NCBI GenBank assembly: GCA_964016885.1
Contig: OZ024755.1
Span: forward strand, 27,094,001-27,158,000
Source of the DNA: Eledone cirrhosa
Taxonomy: Eukaryota
Reading direction: 5' to 3'
Length of the DNA: 64,000 bases
A program made the translations under genes and the position numbers. How positions within the stretch are numbered: position 1 is the first letter of the stretch; every line of letters starts with the position of its first letter. Positions 25,675 to 38,601 of the stretch are shown here, in pieces. The notes under the pieces were generated by a model, which ran no database searches, was not told where the DNA came from, and saw only the letters and a program-made list of their open reading frames with translations.

Positions 25675-25890
25675 TTAACCCTTTAACATTTAAACCGGCT
25701 GTATCTGGCCAGAATTCTCTCACCTCTTTCTGTTCAAACTGTCTGTGACTGGCCACTGATACTGCTGTTACGATATTGTTCCCAAAATAAGTAATATCAA
25801 AATTTCATAGATTCGATATTATATAAGATAAAGCCTTTACCACAAAAATTGAATAGTATATAAAGAGTAATGTAAATGCTAAAGGGTTAA
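25675..25890. mobile_element. piggyBac-type MITE
   Basis: Family TIRs and body. Confidence 0.78.
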
Positions 25891-26154
25891 GTGGTGTGGC
25901 CTTTTCTACCAGGAAACTGTACTTAAATCATTGTTACTAAAAGCAAGGTTATCCATGGTAGGATATAAACTTGGAATGTAAAGTGAGAAACAAAGCAAGT
26001 AGTCCACCGTATTACTCTTTGTCTTACTCCACTTCACTACTTTGTTGATATTCCTAGCAACAGGTCAGCCATGATTGAACAGACCTTTGGTCATGTGTGT
26101 CCCAGCTGTGATATCCCATTAAAAAAAAAAAAAAACGTGTACCCTCGGCATTTA

Positions 26155-26475
26155 CAGTCCTGATATGTGTGGTCCCTGTTATTCACGGATTTTTCCCTAG
26201 GACCTAACTACTAATTGTTTGTGGAAACCATTGTATATTCGCGGAATTGTAAAATCTTCCACAATTTTATTATGGCTTTTTTCATGGCAATATATATTTT
26301 TTCACACTTTTAACTCTAAATTATCAATAACAATATACTGTATTTGCCGGCCTATATTTTACGTTATGTTTTGACATTTGTAGGCATTTTTATGGTCCAC
26401 GTCCAATATTCGCGGTTTTCCACTCTTCATGGGTGCTCTAGGAACATAACCCCCGTGAATTCTGGGGGACAACTG
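26155..26475. mobile_element. Tc1/mariner-superfamily (pogo/Tigger-like) MITE
   Basis: TA-cagt...actg-TA ends; a related truncated copy lies at about 42710-42955. Confidence 0.6.
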
Positions 26476-27579
26476 TATATATAATGTATCTAAGAGTACA
26501 TTGTCCTGCAAACACGCATCATCATTCCTTTTTAAGGTGGTAGGATGTGATTTGAGAGCAATTTGGTTGCTATTTCTAGCAAGCTGAACAACCATGTAGA
26601 GGTTTTCCCTTTGGTTCACTACCACTTTTATGGTAGTAAGAATAGATGATGTTGATGATGCTGATGATGTGTGTATGTATGTAGGTGAGTAGCAAGCAAT
26701 CTCCGAAGTTAGTTTCCCAAACTTTCCAACAACATCCAGCACAATGAATGTAGTCTGTCTAGTTGGTAGTAGTGGAACTGAGTAACTGTTCCATAGCAAC
26801 TGTTACCACTCTGTAACTGAGCTACTGCTCACTCAACTGGCAATAAACTAACACCAACGTATTTTTGTTTGTTTCTCTTTTGTTTTGGTTTTGTTTCATT
26901 TTATTTATTTATTTAGTTTCTTCCATAGTTTATTGATTCTTTCAGTACAATTGTTATATGTCTTCTTTAGATTTTCAATTAACTCCCCTTCACCAACCTA
27001 ACTCTCTATTGTTATGAAATGCTTGCATCAATATATTCCCAATGAGTCACTCATTCATATAGCCATCGTATATTTTATCTATCTAACTATCCTTCTTATC
27101 TATCCCAATTATTTATATGTCATTCAGTCTATTTGTCTGTCTATCTACCTTATCTGTCTTTCTTACCTATCTATAATACCTGTCTATTTTATCTGTTTAT
27201 ATAATCTGTCTGACTATATTATCTATTTATCCAGTTTGTCTGTCTGATCTACCTTGTATGTCCAGTATATCTTCTATCCTGTCTACCTGTCTGTTCTGAC
27301 ATAAATGTCACATCTCTATGTTGAATCTGTCTTTCCTATCCAGTTGACTAACTCACTGGTTCTGCTGTAAGTCTTTCCCACATCACACCCCACCATCTTA
27401 GAAAAGGAAGACGACATTGGACGATTTTAGTCAGATATGAAAAATAGAAATAGAAAAATCAATCAAATAATCTGGGGTTAAACAAGTACCACAATCCATT
27501 TTCTCCAAGCATCCTATCAAGCTAGATATCTACTGCCTGTCTTATCTATCTGAATACTGTCTTTCTATATGTATATATA

Positions 27580-27945
27580 TCATCATCATCATCATCGTTT
27601 TACGTCCGTTCTTCCATGTTAGCATGGGTTAGATGGTATATCATCATATAAGGATAGGGTAGGGGTAGTGGATTGGGGTGTATATTTGGTTAAGAGGTGC
27701 CTACTGACTGTAGGTTGCGCTTTGTACATAGGCAAGGCAGGTCTTCTGTATTATCAGATCGTCCCAGGTTTTTCTCTGTCTACCTACTCCATAGCTGCCA
27801 CCAATTTTGATCGCCCTGCACTTTTTTTATACAGCTGTCGTCTTTCATATGCAGCACATGTCCATACCAATGCAATCTTCTCTCCAGAACACAACATTTG
27901 TTACCTCTTATGCTTAGTCTCCCTCTTGGTTCGTTTATGTTTCGC
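27580..27945 (-). mobile_element. Degenerate RTE-like LINE fragment
   Basis: Minus strand LSIRGNKCCVLERRLHWYGHVLHM..., plus the family tail. Confidence 0.7.
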
Positions 27946-28234
27946 CTTTATATATATATATATAATATACAGAGACAACATTTATATACATATATAAAAG
28001 ATCGGAGGCCATATTCAGTTGATTCAGGTTTATTTAAAACTCTGTTATTCATATTTCACTTAGGACTATCAGTTATGATAGCTTGAGCTCTTTAGATGGC
28101 AAAATCTAAACTGGATCTGTTGCCAAATTTCATTGAGAGACTAAATAAGTATATTGAAAAGATAGTTATCAACCTAATTTGGAATTCACTACAAATATAT
28201 AAATATATATATTTTCATATATATCTATATATAT

Positions 28235-28570
28235 AAAATTTAAAAAGTGAAGAATAACATAGTCAACAATACAAACAAGGAAATTTATTTACAGTCTAAC
28301 AAATGTTTCGATGATAGAGATGTCTAGAAATTGCGAAACACATGCAACCTCCATCATTTAAAATACATGCAACCTCTATCATTTCATCAGCTTTCACCCT
28401 TAACAGGATCTTTCAGAAGATCCCGTTAAGGGTGAAAGCAGCGATTCTTTGCTTAAATTTTAATCTGTTATTTTAATAAATATTTGCTCTAGGGTTCTTA
28501 TGTACTTGATATATATTTATCCTTATCGAGCCCTCTTTGGATCTTAGTCTTCACATTTATTATTATTACT
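28235..28570 (-). mobile_element. Degenerate Penelope-like remnant with hammerhead-like core
   Basis: The minus strand has CTGATGA (28384-28390), a stem ATGATAGAG/CTCTATCAT, GAAAC-ATTT-GT and AATAAA. An adjacent hairpin lies at 28390-28439, and (TA)n flanks the element. Confidence 0.5.
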
Positions 28571-28585
28571 ATTATATATATATAT

Positions 28586-28775
28586 GGCGGTGGATTGGCA
28601 GTATCGGTAGAGGGTCGGACGCCATGCTTTGCAGCACAGTTACGTTCCTTTACGGACTGAGTTCAAAACCCGCCGAGGTTAACTTTGCCTTTCATCCTTA
28701 AGGGGTCGATAAAATAAAGTACCAGTAATACACTGGGATAATTGCTGCCCTTGTGCCAAAAGTAGAAACAATTAC
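28586..28775 (+). mobile_element. SINE family A
   Basis: Full-length, with A and B boxes; flanks attactattatatata are duplicated. Confidence 0.82.
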
Positions 28776-28820
<45 letters not shown>

Positions 28821-28823
<3 letters not shown>

Positions 28824-29170
28824 AAAGAATAACAAGGACCATTGATTACGCCTTCATTGCATTTATTGGTAGGTGACACGTGTTTCACCACTGATCAGCT
28901 CAAGGTTCAATCTGTATCGATCTTACCCGACTCTATAATCGAGCTGCCGATTATAGATTCGGGTAAGATCGATACAGATCGAACCTTGAGCTGATCAGTG
29001 GTGAAACACGTGTCACCAACCAATAAATGTAATGAAGGAGTAACCAATCATCCTTGTTATCCTTTCAATATATTACACTCTGTCTAGCTCTACACCTCAA
29101 CACAAGTGAACCTAAACATCGAGTGCTCACCCGGGTGAACCTGCAGTAACTCCAAGTTACACTCCTTAGA
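28821..29170 (+). mobile_element. Penelope-like remnant: palindrome with ~125-bp arms plus tail, inserted in (TA)n
   Basis: Arms at 28821-28941 and 28948-29073. They contain GAAAC-ACGT-GTC followed by AATAAA. Confidence 0.62.
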
Positions 29171-30088
29171 TATATATATATATATATGAAAATATAATCA
29201 TATATATATATATATATATATATGAAAATATAATCATATATATTTATATATATATGAAAATATATATTTATATATTTGTAGTGAATTCCAAATTAGGTTG
29301 ATAACTGTCTTTTCAGTATACTTATTTAATCTCTCAATGAAATTTGGCAGCAGATCCAGTAATATTATATGTTATATGTGAGTGTAGGTTCATGAATTCA
29401 ATAAAGAAATAAAGCAAACATCTCTCACGAATGTCAATGTTGTAGTGCACCTAAGCACTGTACACAATAATTTCATTATTATGATTGACAAAACACAAAT
29501 GACCTGGATATAAGAGGAATCAAATGAAGTGTACAAGAGAGAAAATTACTGGTATGGGCATGTGATGTATATGGAGTTAGTCAGTTTTGTAAAGCAAAGT
29601 CGAGTGTTCAAAGCCTTTGGAAGAGGTCAAGACTGATCTCAAGATGCTGAGCCTCACAGAGATGACGAAGGACGGTGGTAATTGGTGACACATGGTACTA
29701 GAGAAGGCTCACCAGCCCATGCAAGCATGGCAAAACAAACTTTAAAATGATGAAAGTGATGGAGGTGTGGATGTCTACATTTGGTTTTCTTGTCCATTAT
29801 ACTCCTGTTAAGTGTCTAGTTGCTGCCATTTTCTCTTTGATGCCATCTCATCTAACACTCATCCTTGCGTCTATTCTCTCTACCATGTCGTTTATGTAAC
29901 AAAGGATGGCATTGGATCTGTTATGTTCAATTCCTCCAACTACCACACTTTTTAACAAGGGATTGTTACATTAAATCTGTCCTTATACTCTACATCCTAC
30001 CATCACTCTTCTGTATCGCACCCCTTCCTCTCTCCCAACTCATTATTGATGATGATATCTCTTACCACTCCTTATTACTATGTATTAC

Positions 30089-30127
<39 letters not shown>

Positions 30128-30227
30128 ATATATATATATATATATACTGAAGTATACTGGAAATATCAAAAAGTAAGATCACTCAGACCATAGGACGAGT
30201 TTAGTATAAATAATTGCATATATTATT

Positions 30228-30288
<61 letters not shown>

Positions 30289-30934
30289 TACCAGGAAATA
30301 TATAGCTGCCATCATTGTCTCTCTCTTCCAAACTTCCACTCCTCTACTGCATTCTTGCCCTAATCACTGTTTCTCCTATCATATTCTCTCACCTTTCACT
30401 GTCTCTCTCCTTGAACCTTTCTCTATCATTGTTCAGTTTTCTACTCATTCTTTTGGTTAGGTAGCTTTGATCAAATGGAAACGGTGTAGTATTGTGAAGA
30501 CTCTTTAATCTTGCTGAGGATATGACATCTTCTGTAGTGCTGCTGCCATAATAAAATTCATACAGTTCATCCTGTCAGGTGGTTGATGTTGTGAAGAGCA
30601 TCTAGCCATAGAAACCATGCCAAAAATAGAATGTATGAATGAAATGAGGTCTTTGACCTATTAAATAGGTCACTAATTATGAATGATGACTGACTTAACC
30701 TTTGTTGAAACATCTGTTCCATATCAGCATAGAAGTCATGTGTAAAATTGTGATAATTATACACACAAACGCACACAAATTTTGTCTTATCTAGACAAAA
30801 TTTCATATAAAAATATCAGTGACTTCACACTATAAATAGATACTATCTATCTATCTATCTATCTATATATATATATTGGTGTCAGTATAATGTATGTCCC
30901 ATTAAATTACATTAGCAAAAAAAAAAAAGAGAGA

Positions 30935-31180
30935 TGAGTGGGGCAGGCTGGCCTGAATAGAGGTGTGATGACAACCAACAATTTCAGCGAAGCAGAGGCC
31001 ATTATAGTAGTGGTAGAAGAGGAAATACACCTTTGGACTAGAGGTTACAGTATGTTGGTCAATAAATTCATCCCCATCAGTGGAGTGATTTTGGGGGTAG
31101 TGTGGTCTAGGACAGCAGAAAAGGAGATGGACAGATGGTGTTGAGGACAGGAAGGAGTTTGATGGAATGTACGGCAATGG
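30935..31180 (-). mobile_element. Old LINE fragment (Jockey/CR1-group-like C-terminus)
   Basis: LFYHYYNGLCFAEI resembles the LFYRYYxGxCSxEL motif. Confidence 0.4.
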
Positions 31181-31677
31181 CAAGAGACTCTTACATAGCC
31201 AATTGATCTGTTTATAATAGCAGCAGAATCACCCTCAAATCACATCCAACTGTCTTAGAATAAGAAAGACATATTGTGTGATGTGATCTTAGTTGTACGA
31301 TGTCTAAAATTATGATGCGATTGTCACAGCTGAAACATTATGGTCATGAGTCTGTACAATATGGGCTGATCTGGGCATAAACAACAACAACAACTACTAC
31401 TACTACTACTATTGTCAGTTGATTGACCAGAGGGGGCATGAAATCTTTGCCATGGTCATATTTGAAATCAAAACAATGAAACTCAGATCTATGTACTGTG
31501 AAGTATTCAGTGTAACATCGAAGTAACTAGTGATAAAGCTTCTTACAAACCAGGTCTCAGTTTATGTGGAAAGCTCTACTCAGTCTCTTGACCCACTTGA
31601 AATGGCTATCAAATCTTCCTGAAATCACATCCTAAAATCTGAAAAAAGAATAGAATACATTAAATAATGTATCCATC

Positions 31678-32095
31678 CACACCGCCCCTTTCAATGTAAA
31701 GTTATGTTGGGGCCACAAAATCCAGGCCGAAACAAATGAGATCGTGTAGGTGTCACGACAAAAAAAGAACAGTCCACGCTGTAAATGTGGCCGTGTAGGC
31801 AACACGGTAAAAAACCTCCCAGCCCCACACTGTAAATGTGGTTGGTGTTAGGAAGGGCATCCAGCTGTAGAAAACCCGCCAGACAGTCCACGCTGTAATG
31901 TGGCCGTGTAGGCAACACGGTAAAAACCTCCCAGCCCCACACTGTAAATGTGGTTGGTGTTAGGAAGGGCATCCAACTGTAGAAAACCCGCCAGACTGTC
32001 CTATGCGAGCAAGACAATCACTCTTGCCTCAAGTGGGAAAACTCCCGTCCAAACCCATGCAAGCGTGGAACATGGACATTAAACGATGATGATGA
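31678..32095 (+). mobile_element. RTE-like LINE 3' UTR copy with two 112-bp units
   Basis: Same subfamily as 10305-10885. Confidence 0.78.
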
Positions 32096-32212
32096 ATGTA
32101 GTCTTAGAGACCAACATAACATATGGGATGGTTATGGCTGGAGTGTCTTACTCATTTATATAATGTATAAGTTATACAACTTTTTCTTTCCACTTACATA
32201 TCCCATTATGCA

Positions 32213-32563
32213 CTAGGGTCAGCTGAAAAGTTCATAGGTTGACCAAGATACTCTTATGGAATTACCAAATAAGGTTTATTTTTCAACATAATCCCTGGAA
32301 AGAAACAATGCAGTTATTAATAAGAAGAGTTAAAATTAATGCGTGTAAGGTTTCACAGCTCTAGCATCACTCCTTCATAGTCAGCCTATGACCAACATAC
32401 TCTCGTGGAATGACCAAATCAGGTCAATTTTTCAACATAGTCTGTCCTTGGAAAAAAACAATTCAGTTATTAATAAGAAGAGTTGAAATTAATGCATACA
32501 AGATTTCACAGCTCTAGCATCACTCCTTCATAATCAGCCTATGAACTTTTCAGCGGACCCTTG
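32213..32563. mobile_element. mariner-type MITE with internal tandem duplication
   Basis: TIRs of about 28 bp, agggtcagctgaaaagttcataggttga/tcagcctatgaacttttcagcggaccct; TA at the right flank; internal duplication of about 150 bp. Confidence 0.75.
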
Positions 32564-33384
32564 TAACTTTATCATTTAGTTGGTTGTTGACCACCAGTAT
32601 TTGAACAATCAGTAAAATTCTCAGTTTTGTATATATTTTAGTCATTTTATTATCTATATATACATAAACGAAGAGGGGGAATTGGCGGAGTCATTAGAAC
32701 GTCGGATAGAATGCTTTGTGGTATTCGTTCCTGCTCACTGCTTTCTGAGTTCAAATCCTGCCAAGGTCAACTTTGCATTTCATCCTTTCGAGGTCGATAA
32801 AAAAAGTACCAGTCTAGTACTGGGGTTGATTCTTCCTCTGTATCTCTTATTTCCTCTCTCTCACTTTCTATCTTTCTCTGGAAGAAATCTGTTGTGCTCA
32901 GGCCTGGAGAGGGATGGGCTCCGCCAGGCTTAAAAATGCCCAAGAAACCCTGTATGTCAATATGGCGCCCCTACAACTCTATCATACATATACATATATG
33001 TATTTTAAACAACATACATGTATATCAAATAAGCCAGCTATTAATCTATGGAAGGGCATAAATGCCATAAACTTCACAAATTAATTTCCTCTTATCACCT
33101 GAAGGCTATAGAGCTGATTATGCAATTATTGATACCTCATTGTATTTTAAACAAATTACACACAACAATGTAACCATGTATGTTACTCTCCTATACAGAA
33201 TATCATCATCATTTCTTTTTAAATTGTTTAGAAAGGAAACAAAAGCAATTGATTTTATTTATCAACTTTGTTCATGTGATGAATAAATGTTTATCCTGTT
33301 TGTATATCTAGAGCTGTAATCTACTTTCTTCGTATTAAAACCACCTCACTATTACTTGGTAGATATATATATAGGATATATCTA

Positions 33385-33690
33385 TCTAGGGCGGGTAAAA
33401 TTCCCGAGATCCATGGACAAGTTCTCTCCAGCGGTCTCTGTCCCTCATTATCGCTGCCATGTCCTGCGTCTCCAACAGACCAGTGTCTGTCCTTAGGGCA
33501 TCAACATACGTTAACCGTGTGTCCATGAAGGGTCGCCCACAGGAGCACTGAGTGCAATGTCAACTCTGGATGTCGGTGAGCATGTCCAGCTAACCTCAGT
33601 CTCCTCTGTGTCACTTTTGAGCTGACTTTTGGGAGGCTCCCATACAGCTCTGAGTTTTTCATCCTCAGTGTATACTGATTAGGATATTGT
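33385..33690 (-). mobile_element. RTE-like LINE 3' fragment
   Basis: Minus strand NSELYGSLPKVSSKVTQRRLRLAGHAHRHPE...LLW and LTYVDALRTDTGL...MRDRDRWR. Confidence 0.72.
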
Positions 33691-33764
33691 AGTCAATATT
33701 GTAAACCTGTTCATTGAGTTCAGTGCAATAGGATGAAAACTTTACAGGAAACATTATCATTACG

Positions 33765-34090
33765 AGAAAAAAAAGAAAGAGAACGGGGAGGGGAGGGCAA
33801 AAGCTCTGGTGTTGCAGAAGAGAGGGGAGGGTGATTGGGCTTTGAGCCTAGTGCAAGAAGGCAGAAGTGCTGTGCCCCGCTGATAAGACGGCAAAAGCAT
33901 TCCCCCGGACGATGGCCAGTGACACCCGCTGCAACAGCCACCCAACCTCGCAGGGTTCCCTCCTCAAACGGGCCCCCGATGCTCTGATCTTGTGGAGGAG
34001 CTTGGCAGTATGGGGTCCAAGTATGCCTGAGGTCTCAATGATGACCAGTGCGAAGAGAAAGCGGCCGGACAAACTCCCGTATTTGTTTAT
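33765..34090 (-). mobile_element. CRE-like retrotransposon 3' end
   Basis: NKYGSLSGRFLFALVIIETSGILGP...LLQRVSLAIVRGNAF, the KY...ETxG...RxSxAxxRGNA tail of RLE-bearing elements. A shorter + strand copy lies at 3135-3280. Confidence 0.65.
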
Positions 34091-35245
34091 TGTTTCTTTC
34101 TTCTGTGAGGCGGGCTGTGATACTAGGATGTCATTTTGTTGTTCTTTTAATATTTTATTGTTTTCAAACATTGAACTGTGGCCATGCTGTGGCATCATCT
34201 TGAAGGGGTTTAATCATTAATATTGAGTCCCAGCACTAATCTTTTAGTCTAGTACTTATTTGATGAATCCTTATTTGTTAAACAGTGAAGTTAGCGGATA
34301 TAAAGAATCACGTATAAAAACATTGCTCTTTATGCATATGTACATACACACATGCACACACACACTGACAAACTTTCACATGTTTTTCCATCTACTAAAT
34401 TTTACTCAAATTATATTGATCAACCCAAGACTATAGTAGAAGAAACTCTGGCTCAAAGTATCACTCAGTTATTTTATCGTCAAATCCAATTTCATTTACC
34501 ACAATAAGGAAGTGACCCATAATATATATCACATGTAGTTGTTGTTTAACCCCAGCTCTGTCTTGATTGAACTCACCTATGATCGGAGGCACCCCAGTCT
34601 TGACCATGCCATATTTTTGTATATCTAGAATTGTTTTCAGTGTTTCCTTCCATTTTGTAAGATGGCAGAGCATGATTTGTGGCAATTTGGTTGTTATTTC
34701 TTGAAGAGGTTTTCTCATTTTTTTTTGCTACAGGTCAACCTTGATCTATATCTTAAAAGGGAATTTCTGTTCAGCTGCATTGATAATTTTTTATGGCAGG
34801 TAACATAAAATGTGTCGTATCAATACGGGAATAGCTTGAAGATGTTTGTAGATGTTCTTTTTGAAAGAGATTTGGCTGCTAATTTTAGCAAGTTGAGTAA
34901 TCACATGGTCCAAAGTTGTGATGGTATTTGTTGTTGTTTAGCCCTAGTTTGATCTTGGTTGAGCAAACTTATGATCAAAGATATTCCAACCTATGTGTCT
35001 TTCCTTTTTGAAGTACAAGGATCCTCTCATTTTTTTTTTTTTCTTTTCCTACAAAAAATGCTCGGTACCTTAAAGAAATCCATATTCACCTACAATAGTT
35101 GTTATTGTTGTTAAGTCCTCTGTCAGCCTTGACTGAGTACATCCACGATCAAAGATGCTGCAGCATAACTGTCTCACCTTTTTGTACATCTATTTAATTT
35201 TGATGAGTTTAATGAGTCCCTGTTTTTTTTAAGACAGAGTATAAT

Positions 35246-35442
35246 TTAACCCTTTAGCATTTAAACCAGCCATATCTGGCCAGAATTCTTTCACCTCTTT
35301 CTATTCAAACCAGCCATAACTGGTCACTCATATCGATGTTAAGTTATTGTTCTCAAAATAAATAATATCAAAATCCCATCGATTCAATATTATGTGAGAT
35401 AATTATGTAAGATAAAGCCTTTACCACAAAAATACAATAGTA
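35246..35442. mobile_element. piggyBac-type MITE, truncated
   Basis: Left TIR and body present; right TIR missing. Confidence 0.7.
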
Positions 35443-36671
35443 AATTATTTTTAATGTTAATTTGTTGAAATACCAAGTTATGGGATATAAACAAACATAA
35501 ACAAACAATAAATGTAGACATATCCCACCCCACATTCACACACATGACATGTTTCTGCACAGTTCCTACCTACCAAAGTTCATTCATTCACATAACATTG
35601 GTCAACTTGAGGCTGAAGCAGAAGACAACTTGCTCAAGAGGTGCCATGCTGTGAGACTGAACTTGAAACTACAAGGTTCCAAAGCAAACAGCTTCACCAC
35701 GCTACCATAAACTGTGTATCTTTACCAAATATCTTCTAATGATAAGAAGGAATATTATTCCTAATTTTATGTATTTAGAAACGTTTTTTTTTTCTCTTCT
35801 TTTCTCTTTGAATTCTTCCCTTCTCTCTCTCTCTCTCCTCTTTGTTGCATTGTGTATTCCTCAATATGTACAGTTATATAGCTGTTTGCAAATGACATGT
35901 ATAGGCATTATATTGCATGCCATTGTTTAGAGTTGCATTTTTTATAGGCTGACATCTTTGGGATTTCTTGTTTGTTTATTTTTTACTAAATATCTAGAAT
36001 CTTCTCCTCTCCTTATCCTCGCTTACCATACATTTTGAACAAAAGGAATCCAAATATATATATAAATATATATAAATAAAAATGAAAGTAAATAAACAAA
36101 TCTTCCAACAAAATTGACATAGAGATTGCATTTCAAAAAATCTTATATGATAATCTGAGCATTTGTGTGCCATCCTCCTGAAATACCAAATATCAGAGAT
36201 TTCTTTGGTTTGTTTAGAAAGAAAAGACAGAAGGGAGAGGGGTGGTAGCTTTAGAATAACATCAGTGGCTATAATTATTTGTTGTTGTTGTTATTGTTGT
36301 TGTCTTCAGTGTTTTGTTGTATTTTCTTCTGCTTGATTGAGAAGGAATATCTGAATTTTTTTTTAATTTAATTTTTTTTTTTTTTTTTTTTGTATAATGT
36401 TGAAAGTAGTTAATTTCAGAACAGCTAGAATATGAATGTCATAAAAAAAAAAAATGTGCTTGCTATTGTTGTTGGTTAGGTCTAGATTAACTGAGCAGAC
36501 CTGTAATCAAAGAATGTTTGTTATTACCATCTTTGGCATTAAGAAGGGCATCCAGCTGTAGAGATCAAGCCAAGATACAGAACTGTATGAGCAAAATATG
36601 GTCTCCAGACCTCTGACTTGCCTTATAACATGACAACCTGTTTAACCCATTCAAGCATGGAAAAATAGATG

Positions 36672-36707
<36 letters not shown>

Positions 36708-37122
36708 CTGGTCTTTAATTTTTCTTCCATATAGCTAAGACTAAAGCAGTCATTGTTGTGGAGATGTTTGAGCATTGGATATTTATTTGTGCCAGCTTTT
36801 TACACTGAATTCAAAACCTGCCAAGATCCACTTTGCATTTCATCCATTTATGGTTGGTAAAGAAAATACGAGCCCAGTGCTGGTCAAATCTTCTCTCCTT
36901 CCAGCTGTCACATCCTGGATACTCCGAGGTTTCAATAGAAGTGGGTAGGGTCAAGAGGGTGTCTGCATTTGCTTGTAACTGTATGGGCACCTAAAACCCT
37001 TCATGAAAGCATGGTGCAAGTCATAGTGGGTTGTGAGTGACAGTCGTTGGTTTACATCTAGAACTCATTACTGTATTTTCCTTTTTAAGATAGTGGCATG
37101 GAAATTATCGTCATTATCATAT

Positions 37123-37463
37123 GGAGGCACATGGCTTAGTGGTTAGAGCATTGGCCTTGCAATCGAAAGGTTGTGAGTTCAATTCTCAGACCGGGTGATG
37201 TGTTGTTTCCTTGAGCAAGACACTTTATTTCACATTGCTCCAGTTTACTCAGCTGTAGAAATGAGATGATAGGGACTGGGGTCCATATCATTCCACTGCA
37301 AAGTGGTTGTGGAGGTGCCACGGCAAAAAAGCACCCAGCACTCACTGTAAATGAGGTTGGTGTTAGGAAGGGCATCCAGCTGTAGAAATCAAGCCAGAAT
37401 CAGTTCCCGTCCCACCCTTGCAAGCCGGGAAAAGCGGACGTAAAATTATGATGATGATGATGA
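37123..37463 (+). mobile_element. SINE family B
   Basis: tRNA head, CORE-like ccttgagcaagacacttta, then gttaggaagggcatccagctgtag and (GAT)n. Confidence 0.82.
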
Positions 37464-37551
37464 TTGTCACAATTGTGTTTGAGGATAACATTGTGATGAT
37501 GATCGTATTTGTGGATAACATTCAATTGGTGTGAATTTACCACACGCACAC

Positions 37552-37582
<31 letters not shown>

Positions 37583-37945
37583 AGTACAATGGGAACTGTG
37601 AAAACAGATATATTACATTGAAGCTGGTGCAATAGCTGGTGCAATAGTTTGCCTGAAGTGAACTCTGATTAGCTGGCCTCTAATAGAAAGCACTCTTGCT
37701 ATGCTAATTGAGTCTCTTTATAGGTATATAGGCCTACATTATCTAATGTATCCTTTCCTTATATAAGATGGTAGGATGTGTTTTGAGGCATGAAGTAGCT
37801 GCTCTTTCCAGCAGTGTTGCATGCCTATCTAGAGGCTCACTTATTGGTTTCTGAAAATATTTCACCATCATTAGGGATATAGTAAAGTTAGGTGGTTATC
37901 AGAGAAAGAAAGAGATAGAGATAAAGTGGGAGAGGGATATATATA

Positions 37946-38275
37946 CATCATCATCATCATCATCATCACCGTTTTACGTCCGTTCTTCCATGCTAGCATG
38001 GGTTAGACGGGTTGTCCTGTTGTGGGCAGTGTCTGGTCGGCTGACCATGCCTTGCTCATACAGGAACTGGATGCCCTTCCTAACACCAACCTCATTTACA
38101 GTGAGTACTGGGTGCTTTTTCGTGGCGCCTACACGTCCACTTTACAGTGTGGGCTGGGTGCTTTTTTTGCCGTGGCACCTCCAATATAGACAATATGCCC
38201 CCACACCGGTGGGGGGTGTGGGGGCATATTGTCTATATGCTTCAGCTTGTACCCATGGGAGGTCGGGTACTCTGT
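37946..38275 (-). mobile_element. RTE-like LINE 3' UTR copy
   Basis: Near-identical to 23004-23345. Confidence 0.75.
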
Positions 38276-38337
38276 AATATGTTAATAAGACTGAAATTGA
38301 ACCATCAACTCAGTTGAGGTATGTCATACATCAATTC

Positions 38338-38409
38338 ATATATTTTATCTGATGAGGACGTACGGAAAAAACAGCACAGTACCTCCGAAATATATATAAT
38401 AAAACATAT
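38338..38409 (+). ncRNA. Minimal type I hammerhead ribozyme motif (copy 1)
   Basis: Stem I atatattttat/ataaaacatat (10 of 11 bp). Core CTGATGA at 38349-38355. Stem II GGAcGTAC/GTACcTCC. GAAA at 38387-38390. Two-bp stem III with a palindromic ATAT loop. Predicted AUA cleavage after 38398. Confidence 0.8.
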
Positions 38410-38601
38410 ATTTTGATTATGTAAATGTCTCCATTTATTAATATTTTGAATAATTTTTTCAACTCTTTCTGACATTCATTTGCATACTCACACATAACTT
38501 TGAATTACCCTAAATAAAAAAATTTGTCCACTATCCAGCGAACCTCCAACCGTCAAGTTTGTTTTTCTGCGGGTATGTCAACATTTATAAAACAAATTTT
38601 G

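Larger units (their letters stand above)
28110..29360. repeat. ~115-bp inverted repeat pair (28110-28225 and 29250-29360) enclosing nested insertions
   Basis: actggatctgttgccaaatttcattgagag...ttttcatat is the reverse complement, with few mismatches, of atatgaaaa...gaaatttggcagcagatccagt. Confidence 0.85.

Noticed and set aside
33848-34220. Overlapping 116/117-aa ORFs as host genes
   Set aside because: The minus frame is a retrotransposon C-terminal fragment with relatives at 3135 and 18700, and the plus frame is its antisense.
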